Shown: positions 38,060-48,187 of the stretch, piece by piece
Layout: each line of letters starts with the position of its first letter
Position numbering within the stretch: the stretch's first letter is position 1
NCBI GenBank assembly: GCA_044376115.1
Contig: JBILLK010000003.1
Location: 128,001 to 192,000, forward strand
Reading direction: 5' to 3'
Length of the DNA stretch: 64,000 bases
From: Polyangiaceae bacterium
Lineage (GTDB): Bacteria; Myxococcota_A; Polyangia; Polyangiales; Polyangiaceae
Position numbers and translations under genes: made by a program
Notes under the pieces: model-generated
What the model saw: only the letters and a program-made list of their open reading frames with translations
Database searches by the model: none
Told to the model about the DNA's origin: nothing

Positions 38060-38659
38060 TCAACCTTGCGGGCCCGGTGGACGCGGAGCGAAGACCTCCT
38101 CGTCTTCTGGCTCTCGGCCCCTCAGCGTCATAACGTGCAGGAAGATCAGGCCGAGGGCCAAGCCAACTTCGACCTTTCCGACGAGTTCCGCTCGACGATG
38201 GGTCTGGTCGAGCAGCGCGCCCTTTTCTCCCTCGTTGCGGACGGCTCCCGACTCGTGCAGCGCGCTGATTTGTGGCGTGAGGTTCAACGCCATGTAAGCT
38301 GCGCAGCCAGCCAGCCCAACCGAGACCAGCCGTCGAACTCGATCCCACGGCTGCGGTGGTTGATGCCGCGTGAGCACGGTGCGCCCTAGTTCGACCAAAA
38401 GCGCCACGCACGCAGCTGCCAAAGCGATCTGGCCGAAGCTCGCGAAGGCGGCGCCCATCGCAGTGCCGGAGAACGGCTTGGGCGTTAGCCTAAAGACGGC
38501 TGGCGCCGCCGTTGCGCCGAGCGCGACCATGCCTCCGAAAATAAGGGCTGAGCAGCTGATCCCAATCGAGGCGACAACACGTTCCAACGCCAAGCGGCGC
38601 CTGCTTCGTCGCTCAGACGAGTTCGGCGCAAGATCGTCTTCGGAGAAGGTCTCATTCAT
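38060..38659 (-). CDS. DUF4149 family membrane protein
   Basis: 'GG...LG..AAPAVF', 'G..MG..F', 'LTPQI..L', 'H...E'; four hydrophobic helices. Confidence 0.8.
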   Translation of the reverse strand: MNETFSEDDLAPNSSERRSRRRLALERVVASIGISCSALIFGGMVALGATAAPAVFRLTPKPFSGTAMGAAFASFGQIALAAACVALLVELGRTVLTRHQPPQPWDRVRRLVSVGLAGCAAYMALNLTPQISALHESGAVRNEGEKGALLDQTHRRAELVGKVEVGLALGLIFLHVMTLRGREPEDEEVFAPRPPGPQG

Positions 38660-39666
38660 GAACTCACCTCGAGTTTGCGAAGCGCCTCCGTTACGGCGTC
38701 CTGATCGGCTAGGTCGGGTCGCCCAAGCATGGCCTCGAGCAGAGGGCGCGCACTCGCAAGCTTCGCCCGTCCGGCCGCCGAGGCCCCCATCGTCCGGCGC
38801 GCGATCGAGGAGGCTTTGAGCTCTTTCAGAATTGCGTCTTGCTCCCGCTTATCACCGAGTCGCGCGAGCGCCACGCGTGCGTTCCACTGACAAGGGTCTC
38901 GAGACAAGCCGAGGAATCCGCCGCGAGCGCGCGCCCTTAGGGCCGCTTCGGCCGCCTTGAGTTGGCGTTCACCAATCAACTCCAAAATGCCGGCGAGATC
39001 CTCGTTATCGATGGGTCCAAGCTTCCCCTCGGCTGCTTCCAAGAGAATCGCATCGCCCCAGTCCTTGCCCGCCGAGGCAACGATGATCGCTGCCACCGCC
39101 CGGACGGGAGCAGCATCGTGACGCAAGCACGCCCTCGCCCGAGCCAAAATCCGCTCGTCCGTCGGCTCCTCGTTCCAAAGCTCCTCAGTCATTCGAAGCG
39201 CAATGTGAACGATCGCTGGGTCCTCGTCCCGTGTTCGCGAAAGCACCGCGGGCAGTGCCTTCTCCTTTGGCGCAACCCGCGCATAGGCCATCGTCGCTTG
39301 AAAGCGCACTTCTGGACGCTCGTCGGAAAGGCCCTCGCGCAGCGCTTCTTCCGCCCTAGCGTCCTTGAGCAGGCCCAGCCCCAGAATCGCGTACTGCCGA
39401 GCTAAGGCACTTTCGTCGTTGGCCATCGTTATCAGCCAGGGGAGACCCTCGGAAAGCCCGGCATCTCCGATCGCTTCTGCTGCGCGCGCTCGCACCTCAG
39501 CGGACGTATCGCAGACGGCTATTTCGAGGCCCCCGAGCACTGCGGCGCGGTCCCCTTCCACATAGGCCATGAGATCGCGAAGCGCAGCTGCTCGCACGGC
39601 CGGCTTGGGCTCCGCGAGATCGCGCAGCGCCGCAGCGAGCGTCCTCGGGAGGGGCGAGTAAAACAC
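38656..39666 (-). CDS. HEAT repeat protein
   Basis: Repeated 'D....VR..AA.A(L/I)G' units; ATGA overlap with the DUF4149 gene. Confidence 0.85.
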   Translation of the reverse strand: MFYSPLPRTLAAALRDLAEPKPAVRAAALRDLMAYVEGDRAAVLGGLEIAVCDTSAEVRARAAEAIGDAGLSEGLPWLITMANDESALARQYAILGLGLLKDARAEEALREGLSDERPEVRFQATMAYARVAPKEKALPAVLSRTRDEDPAIVHIALRMTEELWNEEPTDERILARARACLRHDAAPVRAVAAIIVASAGKDWGDAILLEAAEGKLGPIDNEDLAGILELIGERQLKAAEAALRARARGGFLGLSRDPCQWNARVALARLGDKREQDAILKELKASSIARRTMGASAAGRAKLASARPLLEAMLGRPDLADQDAVTEALRKLEVSS

Positions 39667-39695
39667 TATGGCCTCTGTGCGAACGGCTTCATGAC

Positions 39696-40175
39696 CTAGC
39701 TTCCTTCGCAGACTTCAGGCTCGATCACGGGAGCGTCGTTGGCGACGAAGCATACGCCCGAGTCGCGAAGCTCAGATTCGATGTCGATCGATTCCGCGGC
39801 TCGTGCGCTGGGTTTGCGGCACACGTAACCATCGCGGCAATCCCCGTCTTCTTCGCACGCGTACATGCAGAAGGTGCGTTGGAAGCGTTTCCAGCGAGGG
39901 TCGGTTGAGTTCACAACACAGGCTGGATCCAGCGATAGGCCGAACCCAACACAAACGGCTTCTTCCGCGCAGGTGTCGGGTTCACAGGAAAAGACGGTGC
40001 AGTAGCCGTCTGGCTGGCTTGTGTCGCATAAGCGGTCTCCCTGCGCTGAACAGTCGGTCGAGGTCACGCACGAGTCACCAATCTGGGGACGGCAACCCAC
40101 GGTTATGAGCCCAAGCGCGGCGACCAAGGCTGGCCAAATCCCTGACAACGAACGGCGAAGCAACACGGGGTGCAC
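39696..40175 (-). CDS. small Cys-rich lipoprotein
   Basis: TVGC lipobox, 'IGDSC....DC......CD....GYCT...C....C', 'DCRDGYVC'. Start uncertain. Confidence 0.72.
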   Translation of the reverse strand: MHPVLLRRSLSGIWPALVAALGLITVGCRPQIGDSCVTSTDCSAQGDRLCDTSQPDGYCTVFSCEPDTCAEEAVCVGFGLSLDPACVVNSTDPRWKRFQRTFCMYACEEDGDCRDGYVCRKPSARAAESIDIESELRDSGVCFVANDAPVIEPEVCEGS

Positions 40176-40274
40176 CCTAGTACATCCGTTGGTAAGATTC
40201 TGCGGCTCGCGATAAGAAGCTGGTCCAAAAGTTACGGTGCGGCACAAATCAAGCCTGGCGCTGGACCGCGACAA

Positions 40275-40303
40275 TTGACACGCTTCGCGAGGACCCCTAG
40301 ACA
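40275..40303 (+). promoter_or_regulatory. sigma70-like promoter TTGACA-N17-TAGACA for the ferredoxin gene
   Basis: Perfect -35 and 17-nt spacer; the -10 lacks the final T. Confidence 0.45.
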
Positions 40304-40337
40304 CGCGCCATCTTTTTCAAGCGTTAGGCGACACCCA

Positions 40338-40643
40338 ATGGCAACGTACATCACGGACGACTGCATCAACTGCGGAGCCTGCGAGCCCGAATGCCCCAAT
40401 GAAGCAATCAGTGAGGGCGACGAAATCTATGTGATTGACCCGGAGCTCTGCACCGAATGTGTGGGCTTCTATGATCACGAGGCGTGCCAGGCGGTATGCC
40501 CGGTCGAGTGCTGCTTGCCCGATCCGAAGCACCCTGAGCAGGAGCCGTTGCTGATCGAGCGTGCGCAACGTCTGCATCCGGACGATGCTGAACTGCTCAA
40601 GCGGGCGCAGGCGAACGAGTATCCCTCCCGCTTCCGCAAGTGA
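40338..40643 (+). CDS. YfhL-family 2[4Fe-4S] ferredoxin
   Basis: CINCGACEPECP and CTECVG.....ACQAVCPVEC. Confidence 0.93.
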   Translation: MATYITDDCINCGACEPECPNEAISEGDEIYVIDPELCTECVGFYDHEACQAVCPVECCLPDPKHPEQEPLLIERAQRLHPDDAELLKRAQANEYPSRFRK

Positions 40644-40647
40644 GTCC

Positions 40648-41406
40648 GTGAGCCAACGACGACCGCACGCTGCCAGCCTGATCGTTGGGATGGTCGGTTC
40701 GCTCGTCTCGGGGTGCGCTGGTGGTATGCCGCTCATGCATCCAGCGCATGTTCTCCCGCCGGGCAATGTCACGGTGGGTGCCGGCGTGGCAGGCCAGGTC
40801 GGAGGCGTTTCGCTCACGACGTCGAGCGGTAGCAAGAACGCCCTCACCGCGGAGGAACTCAGCCTTGCTCCGGGTGTTGCGCCCTGGGCTAACGGCCGCA
40901 TCGGGATTGCGGGCGACAACGAAGCCTCGCTCACGTACAGCGGGCGTTCGCTACGTTTGGGCGTGCGGCATGCGTTTCCGCTCGGCAAGTTGCACCTTTC
41001 GGCGGAACTGGGCGGTAACGCAGTGCTCCCGCGCACCCGCAGCGACGACGAGGTGACGCAGGCCTTTGGCGGGGGCGCGGATATTCCTGTGCTGCTGGGC
41101 TGGACGAGCGACGCGGAGCTGTATTCGGTCTGGGGCGGCCCACGGGCTGGGTTCAACCTGCTGTCAGGACAGGTTTTGCCGTCGCTTGTCGACAACGCCG
41201 ACCCAGCTGGAGACCCAATTCCGTTTAACGGGACGACCTGGTCTGTCGGAGGCGTTGTTGGCGCTCGAGTCGGGTTCAGGACCTTTCATGCGGTGCTTGA
41301 GATGGGGGTCGCCTACGTTCGTGCAGACGGAACATTTGGCGAGGTAGAGGTGGGGTTCGACCAACTCGTGATCACCCCTGGCGGTGCTTTCAACGTGAGC
41401 TTCTGA
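40648..41406 (+). CDS. hypothetical lipoprotein-signal protein, likely outer-membrane beta-barrel
   Basis: VSGC lipobox, alternating amphipathic strands, ends AFNVSF. Confidence 0.65.
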   Translation: MSQRRPHAASLIVGMVGSLVSGCAGGMPLMHPAHVLPPGNVTVGAGVAGQVGGVSLTTSSGSKNALTAEELSLAPGVAPWANGRIGIAGDNEASLTYSGRSLRLGVRHAFPLGKLHLSAELGGNAVLPRTRSDDEVTQAFGGGADIPVLLGWTSDAELYSVWGGPRAGFNLLSGQVLPSLVDNADPAGDPIPFNGTTWSVGGVVGARVGFRTFHAVLEMGVAYVRADGTFGEVEVGFDQLVITPGGAFNVSF

Positions 41407-41412
41407 TAAGCT
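41404..41412 (+). promoter_or_regulatory. extended -10 candidate TGaTAAGCT, with GTG 6 nt downstream
   Basis: TGn-TAnnnT; overlaps the upstream stop codon. Confidence 0.35.
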
Positions 41413-41418
41413 TCCCAC

Positions 41419-42324
41419 GTGTTCGCTCGACTCGTTGCATCGGCCCTCGTGGCGTTGAGCTTTGGCTGTGCTGCCGAATCCCCGGAGGATCTGGCAGCGC
41501 ATGAAGAGGGCGAAGCTCGCCCGCTTCACGCTCGTGTTTTGGTGGAGCGCAGTGCAGACTCCGGTACCGTTCGAACCAACGTTTCGGCGAAATTCTTTCA
41601 GGTCGTCGGCAAGGAACTCGAGCTAGCCGATCGCTTCATCGGTTTTGGTCCAGCACTTCCAGCCGAAGGCGAGTGCATGGCGATGACCGCTCTCGATGGA
41701 ACTTTGACAAGACCTTCCACTGACTTCGCGGTGGACTTGTTGGACGTCGGAGACGTCGTCCTCTCGCTGCCGCGAGTCGACAGCCAGACCTTGCTTGCTG
41801 CTCGAGCCTTTCCCGATGTCGGCGAGATCGTGTCGGGCGTTTTCTACACCTCTCCCAACGCCGAGTTGGGCTTGCCCGCCCCAGGCCGGTACAAACTTGA
41901 AGCAGGTTGTTTTGACGTGCAGTCACCTCATGCTCGGTCTCAATGTCTCGGCACGACGCTCGGTGACGGCCTTACCATTGAGGCTGTGGCACCGAGCCCG
42001 CCGACAAATGCTGGGCTGTCGGCTGGTGCGTCCGTCAGACGTGGCAGTGACTTGAAGGTTCGTTGGGACGTTGACGCAACGCCGTCCGTTCAATCGACCA
42101 TCTACCTGGACTTCATCGCAGAGCGTTCTTATCGCTGCAGCTTTGCTGATGAGGGCGCCGCCGTTCTGCCCTCGGAGATTACGTCGGATGCTGTCGTAGG
42201 CGAGCAGGTCACCATCGTGGTGCACCGGCTCTCACGCCAACAGCTCAAGGAGGAGGGCGAGCAGCCATTCGAGGCCACCGTTCTCTTCGATCTATCGGAG
42301 TCGTTCGAACCGTTCGTCCAATAG
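41419..42324 (+). CDS. hypothetical lipoprotein
   Basis: SFGC lipobox; 'LLDVGD', 'RAFPDV...SGVFY', 'C.F.D.G' motifs. Confidence 0.72.
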   Translation: MFARLVASALVALSFGCAAESPEDLAAHEEGEARPLHARVLVERSADSGTVRTNVSAKFFQVVGKELELADRFIGFGPALPAEGECMAMTALDGTLTRPSTDFAVDLLDVGDVVLSLPRVDSQTLLAARAFPDVGEIVSGVFYTSPNAELGLPAPGRYKLEAGCFDVQSPHARSQCLGTTLGDGLTIEAVAPSPPTNAGLSAGASVRRGSDLKVRWDVDATPSVQSTIYLDFIAERSYRCSFADEGAAVLPSEITSDAVVGEQVTIVVHRLSRQQLKEEGEQPFEATVLFDLSESFEPFVQ

Positions 42325-42333
42325 GGCCTTCGC

Positions 42334-44226
42334 GTGAGCGTTCGCCAGCTCGAGGAGGCTTGTGACTTTCGCGGCGCGGCTATACTCGCGATCGCTGAGC
42401 GCGACGGTCGCGCTGCGACTCGGCTCGCCGCGTTGGCTGGAGATTCGGCATTGTTCAGCCAAGCGGAAGAGCTGCTGGTCCAAGCCGGTAGTGACGGTGT
42501 GCGGCTTGCAGCATTCGAGCTCGACCAGCGCGGGTTCAGTGCGCTCGCCGCACGTCTCCATGAACGAGTTGGCGATCACCAAGAGGCAGCGATCTTGTTT
42601 GAGCGCGCCGAGCAGTGGCTGCGCGCTGCTGAATGTCACGAACGGGTTGGTCGTCCAGTCGACGCCGCCAAAGCGCTCGAACGTGGGCTTTCGCATGACG
42701 ACGCAGGCGACGACCTTCGCGAGGCCTTGGGCCGGTTGCTCTCTCGTCACGGTCGGCTCCCGCAAGCTGTAAAGCTGCTTCAACAGATCAAGAATCCAGA
42801 GATCAAACAGCGGACGGATCGCTTGGTGGTTCGCATGCTTCGCGACTTGGGTCTCGCGGTCGCTGCTGACGAGCTCGAGCGATCTTTGGTCGTCTCGGAG
42901 GAAGAGCTGGCACCCGCATCACGGCATCCGAGTCAGCCGCCGGTTTCAGCGCGGCCCAAGAGAACGATGTTTGGTCGCTACGAGATCCTGAGGGATCTGG
43001 CTCAGACACCGAACGCACAGCTATTTGAGGCTGAGGATCTGCTTTCGCGAGAGCGCGTGGTGATCAAGCTGCTTGTCATCGCTGGTCGCGGAGGTGGCCG
43101 TGATGCCGCCGTTCGCTTCGAACGCGAGGCGCGCGCCTTGACCATGCTTCGGCACCCAAACGTCGTGCCGTTGCTCGAGTACTTCGCTGAGGGTCCGGCC
43201 CTCGTGATGCCGTTCATGAGTTCGGGAAGCCTGGCCGATCTGCTGGAGCGCGAATCGATTGTGCCGGCGCGGGCCGCTGAGATCGCCCTCGCTGTGCTGA
43301 GTGCACTTGGAGAAGCCCATCGCGTCGGCATACTTCACCGCGACATCAAGCCGAGCAATGTGCTGTTTGATGAGGTCGGCGCTGTACGCGTATCCGACTT
43401 TGGCGCCGCTCACCTTTCGGATGGTTCCACCACTGTTACCGCCGGCGCGATCGGAACCGTGGCGTACATGGCGCCAGAGCAGCGGCAGTTTCTTCCTGCA
43501 GCAGTCGCGTCCGACCTGTACGCGGTTGGCGTACTGTTATTCGAGATGATCGCAGGTTTGCCGCCGACCTTTGGGGAGCCGAACAGACTGAGCGCACACC
43601 ACGAGGAACTAGGCGATGCGCACGACGCCGTGCTGGCTTCACTTCTCGCCGAAGATCCGGCCCAAAGACCACAGCACGCTGATGAGGCGAAGAACCTGTT
43701 GCTCGCGCGTACGTGGTCCTCTCGTCGACCAACTCGAAGTGCTCGGGTGAGCGCATCCGTTCGACCAGCTCCCGTTGGCAATGCGCGGTTCGTGCCCGTG
43801 CCTCAAGCGGCAACCCTTGGCGAATCCAGCGCTGTGTATTGCAATGACACCTCGCTCGCTCGCAACGTGTGCGTTCTGCCATTCGATGAACGCTGGCTCG
43901 CTGTGGTTCGCGGCTTTGCTGCAGCTCGAAGTTCATCGCTGGCCGCTGTCCTGTTGGCTTCCGAGGCTGGCGGGATCGTGGTTGTTGAAGCTCCCCGCGG
44001 CGAGCCCATTGGCGACCGCGTGCCCACCTCCCAGATGCTTGGTGAACTGCGGCGCGCGCTCTCCGAACTCCACGCTTCCGGAGTCGCTCACGGGTGCGTG
44101 GATCGCAGCCACCTCTACGTTGAAGCAGATGGCTTTCCCTTTTTAGCTTTCCCGTCCGTGCTCAACTCGGCCACACCGACGGACGACTTGCGCGCGTTGG
44201 GCGAGCTCTCGATAAGCAGACGCTGA
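42334..44226 (+). CDS. soluble TPR-kinase with degenerate second kinase-like domain
   Basis: N-terminal helical repeats; VVIK, HRDIKPSN, DFG, GT..YMAPE; C-terminal 'ELHASGVAHGCVD..HLYV'. Confidence 0.88.
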   Translation: MSVRQLEEACDFRGAAILAIAERDGRAATRLAALAGDSALFSQAEELLVQAGSDGVRLAAFELDQRGFSALAARLHERVGDHQEAAILFERAEQWLRAAECHERVGRPVDAAKALERGLSHDDAGDDLREALGRLLSRHGRLPQAVKLLQQIKNPEIKQRTDRLVVRMLRDLGLAVAADELERSLVVSEEELAPASRHPSQPPVSARPKRTMFGRYEILRDLAQTPNAQLFEAEDLLSRERVVIKLLVIAGRGGGRDAAVRFEREARALTMLRHPNVVPLLEYFAEGPALVMPFMSSGSLADLLERESIVPARAAEIALAVLSALGEAHRVGILHRDIKPSNVLFDEVGAVRVSDFGAAHLSDGSTTVTAGAIGTVAYMAPEQRQFLPAAVASDLYAVGVLLFEMIAGLPPTFGEPNRLSAHHEELGDAHDAVLASLLAEDPAQRPQHADEAKNLLLARTWSSRRPTRSARVSASVRPAPVGNARFVPVPQAATLGESSAVYCNDTSLARNVCVLPFDERWLAVVRGFAAARSSSLAAVLLASEAGGIVVVEAPRGEPIGDRVPTSQMLGELRRALSELHASGVAHGCVDRSHLYVEADGFPFLAFPSVLNSATPTDDLRALGELSISRR

Positions 44227-44231
44227 GGCGG

Positions 44232-46322
44232 CTACTTCGCCTCCCCCGCGCACCGAAAACCGATTGCGTGGCTATAGCGGTCAGGCGCCATCTTGTAACG
44301 CCATGCAGGGTTCGCCCATTGAGGGTCGGACCCGTTGAAAGACCCACCTCGAATGACCCGTTCTGTTCCCGAAGTAGCTCCTTTGGGATTGGTCACGTCA
44401 ATAGGCGTGTATGGCCCGTAATAGTCCGATACCCACTCCCATACATTGCCGGCGAGGTCCATTGCCCCATAGGAGGATTGGCCCTTAGGAAAGCTACCGA
44501 CAGGCGCTGTGCCAATGAAGGCGTCATCCGCTTCGTACATCGCTTTGGGGTCCTCGAGCTTTTGCGCAGTCGCCCACGACTTGAACTCCAGGCCGGCGGC
44601 GTTTAGCCGTGTAGCGTCCGGCGGCTCATGGCCCCAGGGGTAGTCGTTCTGGCCCTTTCCACGCGCCGCGTACTCCCACTCAGCCTCCGTCGGCAATCGC
44701 AAGCCCTTCCAACTGCAATACGCGGCGGCCATCTTGTAGTTGATGCAGTTGATAGGATGTTTGGCCCTGTCGGCTTTGCGGGCGTTGCAGAACGGCGTGT
44801 AAAGGGCCTTCTGCTCTTTCGTTAGCGGCTTATCCGAGTAGTTGACGTCGTCAGCCGTTCGCTCGCAGGCCCCGTCCCCTTCCTGGACGCACTTTTCGTA
44901 GGCCTCGACGGTGACCTCGGTCTTGTCGAGGCAGAACGCGGAGAGCGTTACCCTGAGGCCGTCCACATTGGCGCCTGCGTATTCTGGGAGCGATCGTGAC
45001 CCCATGAAGGTGGTGCCCTTGGGATGAAGCAACATACCCTCCGGACACGCTTCCCTTTGAGGTTGAGCTGACGACGCCGTGCCAGCGCTGGGTTCCTTTG
45101 GGAGTTCGGTTGCGGCGGCCGATCCACTGGTGCTGAGCGCAGCGGACGGCGCGTCGTTCGTTCCACTAGCTTTATAAGCTAAAAAGCCGCCCACCCCGGT
45201 AGCAACTACGGCAACTCCAACCGCCGCGAGCCAAGGAAACGGCTTCGGTTTCGGGGCAGTCGCGGCAGCCGACACGGCGGCCATTGTTCCGCCCGGCCCC
45301 GCTGGCGTCCCACCGCTGGTGAACTCTGGGGAAAAGAACGCAGTTGCGGCAGTGGCCTGCGGCATGGGGGCGCTGGCGTTGTCGAAGTTCATCGTAGCCA
45401 ACTTCAGGCGCCGCTCGGGCGCTACGCCTGTACCCACGAGATGCTGGAATGCTTGGGTCGCCGCGCCTGCCTCCTGAAAACGCGCGTCGATGTTGCGGTC
45501 GACACAGCGTGCGAACCAAGCATCAAAGCCGTGTGGAAGAACGTTTGGATCGACCCGAAGCTCAGCCGCACGTTGAGAGGCCAATGGCAGCGGCTCGAGA
45601 CAGATCTCTCGCAGCAATCCCGGTAGCGATCCACCGTCCGCCTCCATCCAATACGAACGCCCAGTCAGAAGGTAGAAGGCCATCAAGCCGAGTGCCCAAA
45701 CATCCGTCGCAGGGCAGACCCGGCCCCGCCGATCGGTTTGCTCGGGAGCCATGAACAACGGAGAACCGAGCGGTTGAGTACCCGTCTTTTGAATGCCATC
45801 CGCGACCAGCTTTGCGATCCCGAAGTCGAGGATTTTGGCAGTGAACGCAACGTCCCGTCGTTTGGACACCGTCAAGAAGACGTTCTCTGGTTTGAGGTCC
45901 CGGTGAACCACTCCTCGAGCGTGTGCTTGCTCCAACGCATGACCGATTTGAGCAAATATCTCCTTCAAATCGGCCAGTGCTAGCGGCCCTGTTCGCCCAA
46001 GCGCGTCGGCAAGCTCCTCCCCTCGCAGCAGCTCCATGACCAGGTAGGGCGCTCCCGTCGCTTCATCGACACCAGCGGTGACCGTCTCAACGACATGGTC
46101 GCTCTCAATAGCCGCGGCGATCTTGGCCTCTCGAACGAAGCGCTCGCGTGTTTCGGGGTTGTCCACGAGCTCTGGCGCCATCAGTTTGAGCGCCCGCTGG
46201 CGGCCTGTCGAGATCTGCTCGGCTACGTAAACCGCGCCCATTCCGCCCTCTCGAAGAGGCCGGATGACGCGAAAATCTCGCGCGAAGATAGTTCCAGGTG
46301 TGAGGGCGGAGAGCGAAGCCAC
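44232..46322 (-). CDS. membrane Ser/Thr kinase fused to an FGE-sulfatase (SUMF1) domain
   Basis: GGMGAVY, HRDLKPEN, DFG; TM segment; 'TEVT...Y', 'RLPTEAEWEYAARG', 'DLAGNVWEW', 'RGGS', 'GFRC'. SD AGAAAGG before GTG 46322. Confidence 0.92.
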   Translation of the reverse strand: MASLSALTPGTIFARDFRVIRPLREGGMGAVYVAEQISTGRQRALKLMAPELVDNPETRERFVREAKIAAAIESDHVVETVTAGVDEATGAPYLVMELLRGEELADALGRTGPLALADLKEIFAQIGHALEQAHARGVVHRDLKPENVFLTVSKRRDVAFTAKILDFGIAKLVADGIQKTGTQPLGSPLFMAPEQTDRRGRVCPATDVWALGLMAFYLLTGRSYWMEADGGSLPGLLREICLEPLPLASQRAAELRVDPNVLPHGFDAWFARCVDRNIDARFQEAGAATQAFQHLVGTGVAPERRLKLATMNFDNASAPMPQATAATAFFSPEFTSGGTPAGPGGTMAAVSAAATAPKPKPFPWLAAVGVAVVATGVGGFLAYKASGTNDAPSAALSTSGSAAATELPKEPSAGTASSAQPQREACPEGMLLHPKGTTFMGSRSLPEYAGANVDGLRVTLSAFCLDKTEVTVEAYEKCVQEGDGACERTADDVNYSDKPLTKEQKALYTPFCNARKADRAKHPINCINYKMAAAYCSWKGLRLPTEAEWEYAARGKGQNDYPWGHEPPDATRLNAAGLEFKSWATAQKLEDPKAMYEADDAFIGTAPVGSFPKGQSSYGAMDLAGNVWEWVSDYYGPYTPIDVTNPKGATSGTERVIRGGSFNGSDPQWANPAWRYKMAPDRYSHAIGFRCAGEAK

Positions 46323-46458
46323 GGCGACCTTTCTGTGAAACAGAGCTGCTCCCTGGAGGTTACGACCGAAAAGCAAAAGGGCTTCATCTAATCTGCTGAT
46401 GACAGGAATCGGCCCAGCCTATTGGCGCCCGCTTGTTGTGGCCCTAAGACGCGCCTCC

Positions 46459-48120
46459 ATGGCTATTGGACATCGACCCGTCAAGGCTGCTCGCGGCAGT
46501 GAACTTTCGTGCAAGGGCTGGATTCAAGAGGCCGCCCTGCGCATGCTCTCCAATAACCTCGATGCTGAGGTAGCCGAGCGTCCCGACGACCTTGTGGTTT
46601 ACGGAGGGACCGGGAAGGCTGCCCGCAGTTGGGAAGCCTTCGACGTGATCACTCGTGAACTCCGCGAGCTGGAAAACGATGAAACTCTGCTGATTCAATC
46701 CGGTAAAGCCGTTGGCAAGTTCCGAACACACGCCGACGCTCCGCGGGTTCTCATCGCCAACTCAAATCTCGTCGGCCGGTTTGCCACCTGGGATGAGTTC
46801 CGTAGGCTCGAAGCGCTCGGGCTGACGATGTATGGCCAAATGACCGCCGGGTCGTGGATCTACATCGGCAGTCAGGGAATTGTTCAAGGGACCTACGAGA
46901 CCTTCGTCGCTGCCCGCAAAGCGTATGAAGCCCGGACCGGAAAAACCGGCCTCTGGGCCTTGACCGCGGGCCTTGGTGGCATGGGAGGTGCCCAGCCGCT
47001 TGCGGCCGTAATGGCCGGCATCAGCTGCCTAGGGATTGAGGTTGATCCTGAACGCATCGAGAAGCGGCTACGCACCAAGTATGTCGACGTGCGGATCGAC
47101 GACCTCCACGAGGCGGTTGCCTATGTGAAACAGTGTGCGGCGAAAGGCACTCCAAAGAGCGTGGCTATGTGTGCTAACGCCGCAGACATCTATCCGGAGT
47201 TGGTCCGGCTAGGCCTCATCCCGGACCTCGTAACGGAGCAGACGGCGGCGCATGACCCGTTGGTTGGGTACGTGCCCCAGGGGCTCTCGCTACAGCAGGC
47301 GAAGGAACTCCGCGAAGCGGACCCCGCCACGTACATCACTCGAGCAAAGCACGGCATGCGAGTCGAGGTCGAGGCGATGTTGGCGATGCAGGAGGCAGGC
47401 GCCGAAGTATTCGACTACGGGAACAATATTCGGACCTGTGCCATGGAGGTCGGCTGTACGCGCGCATTCGAGATTCCAGGCTTTGTACCAGCGTATGTGC
47501 GCGAGTTGTTTTGCCAGGGGAAGGGCCCGTTTCGGTGGGTGGCGCTCTCGGGGGACCCAGCCGACATCGCAGCAACAGACGCTGCCGTTCTAGAGCAAGT
47601 CCCCAATGACCCCGATCTTCGTCGATGGATTCAGCTGGCTGGTGAGCGGATTCAGTTCCAAGGTCTCCCCGCGCGGATCTGTTGGTTGGGCTACGGGGAC
47701 CGAGCGCGTGTGGGTCTCGCGTTCAACGAGCTCGTGCGCAAAGGTATTGTGAAGGCACCCATCGTCATCGGTCGGGACCACCTCGATTGCGGCTCCGTTG
47801 CCTCGCCCTTCCGAGAGACGGAGGCCATGAAAGATGGCAGCGATGCCATCGCCGATTGGGCAATCCTGAACGCAATGGGAAACATCGCCGGTGGAGCGTC
47901 TTGGGTCAGCTTTCACCACGGTGGCGGAGTTGGAATTGGCAACTCACTTCACGCCGGCATGGTCATCGTTGCAGATGGCTCAGAAGCTGCGAAGAATCGG
48001 CTCGAACGCGTGTTAACGTTCGACCCTGGCATGGGAGTGATTCGCCATGCCGATGCAGGCTACGAGACAGCGATCTCGGTTGCCAAGGCTAAGGGCGTTC
48101 ATGTGCCCCATCAGCGTTAG
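46459..48120 (+). CDS. hutU: urocanate hydratase
   Basis: [49 protein letters not shown]. Confidence 0.97.
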   Translation: MAIGHRPVKAARGSELSCKGWIQEAALRMLSNNLDAEVAERPDDLVVYGGTGKAARSWEAFDVITRELRELENDETLLIQSGKAVGKFRTHADAPRVLIANSNLVGRFATWDEFRRLEALGLTMYGQMTAGSWIYIGSQGIVQGTYETFVAARKAYEARTGKTGLWALTAGLGGMGGAQPLAAVMAGISCLGIEVDPERIEKRLRTKYVDVRIDDLHEAVAYVKQCAAKGTPKSVAMCANAADIYPELVRLGLIPDLVTEQTAAHDPLVGYVPQGLSLQQAKELREADPATYITRAKHGMRVEVEAMLAMQEAGAEVFDYGNNIRTCAMEVGCTRAFEIPGFVPAYVRELFCQGKGPFRWVALSGDPADIAATDAAVLEQVPNDPDLRRWIQLAGERIQFQGLPARICWLGYGDRARVGLAFNELVRKGIVKAPIVIGRDHLDCGSVASPFRETEAMKDGSDAIADWAILNAMGNIAGGASWVSFHHGGGVGIGNSLHAGMVIVADGSEAAKNRLERVLTFDPGMGVIRHADAGYETAISVAKAKGVHVPHQR

Positions 48121-48187
48121 CGCCGGTCTGGATTGATGACCGGAGGATAGATGGCCTCCCGCGCATGACCATGATAGCCATGCGCGT

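Noticed and set aside
38016..38411. Long N-terminal extension of the 37086 lipoprotein ORF
   Set aside because: It overlaps the DUF4149 gene; the SD and signal peptide point to ATG 38015.
40317..41195. 292-aa minus-strand ORF
   Set aside because: Antisense to the ferredoxin and the barrel-like gene; Ser/Pro/Ala-rich with no motifs.
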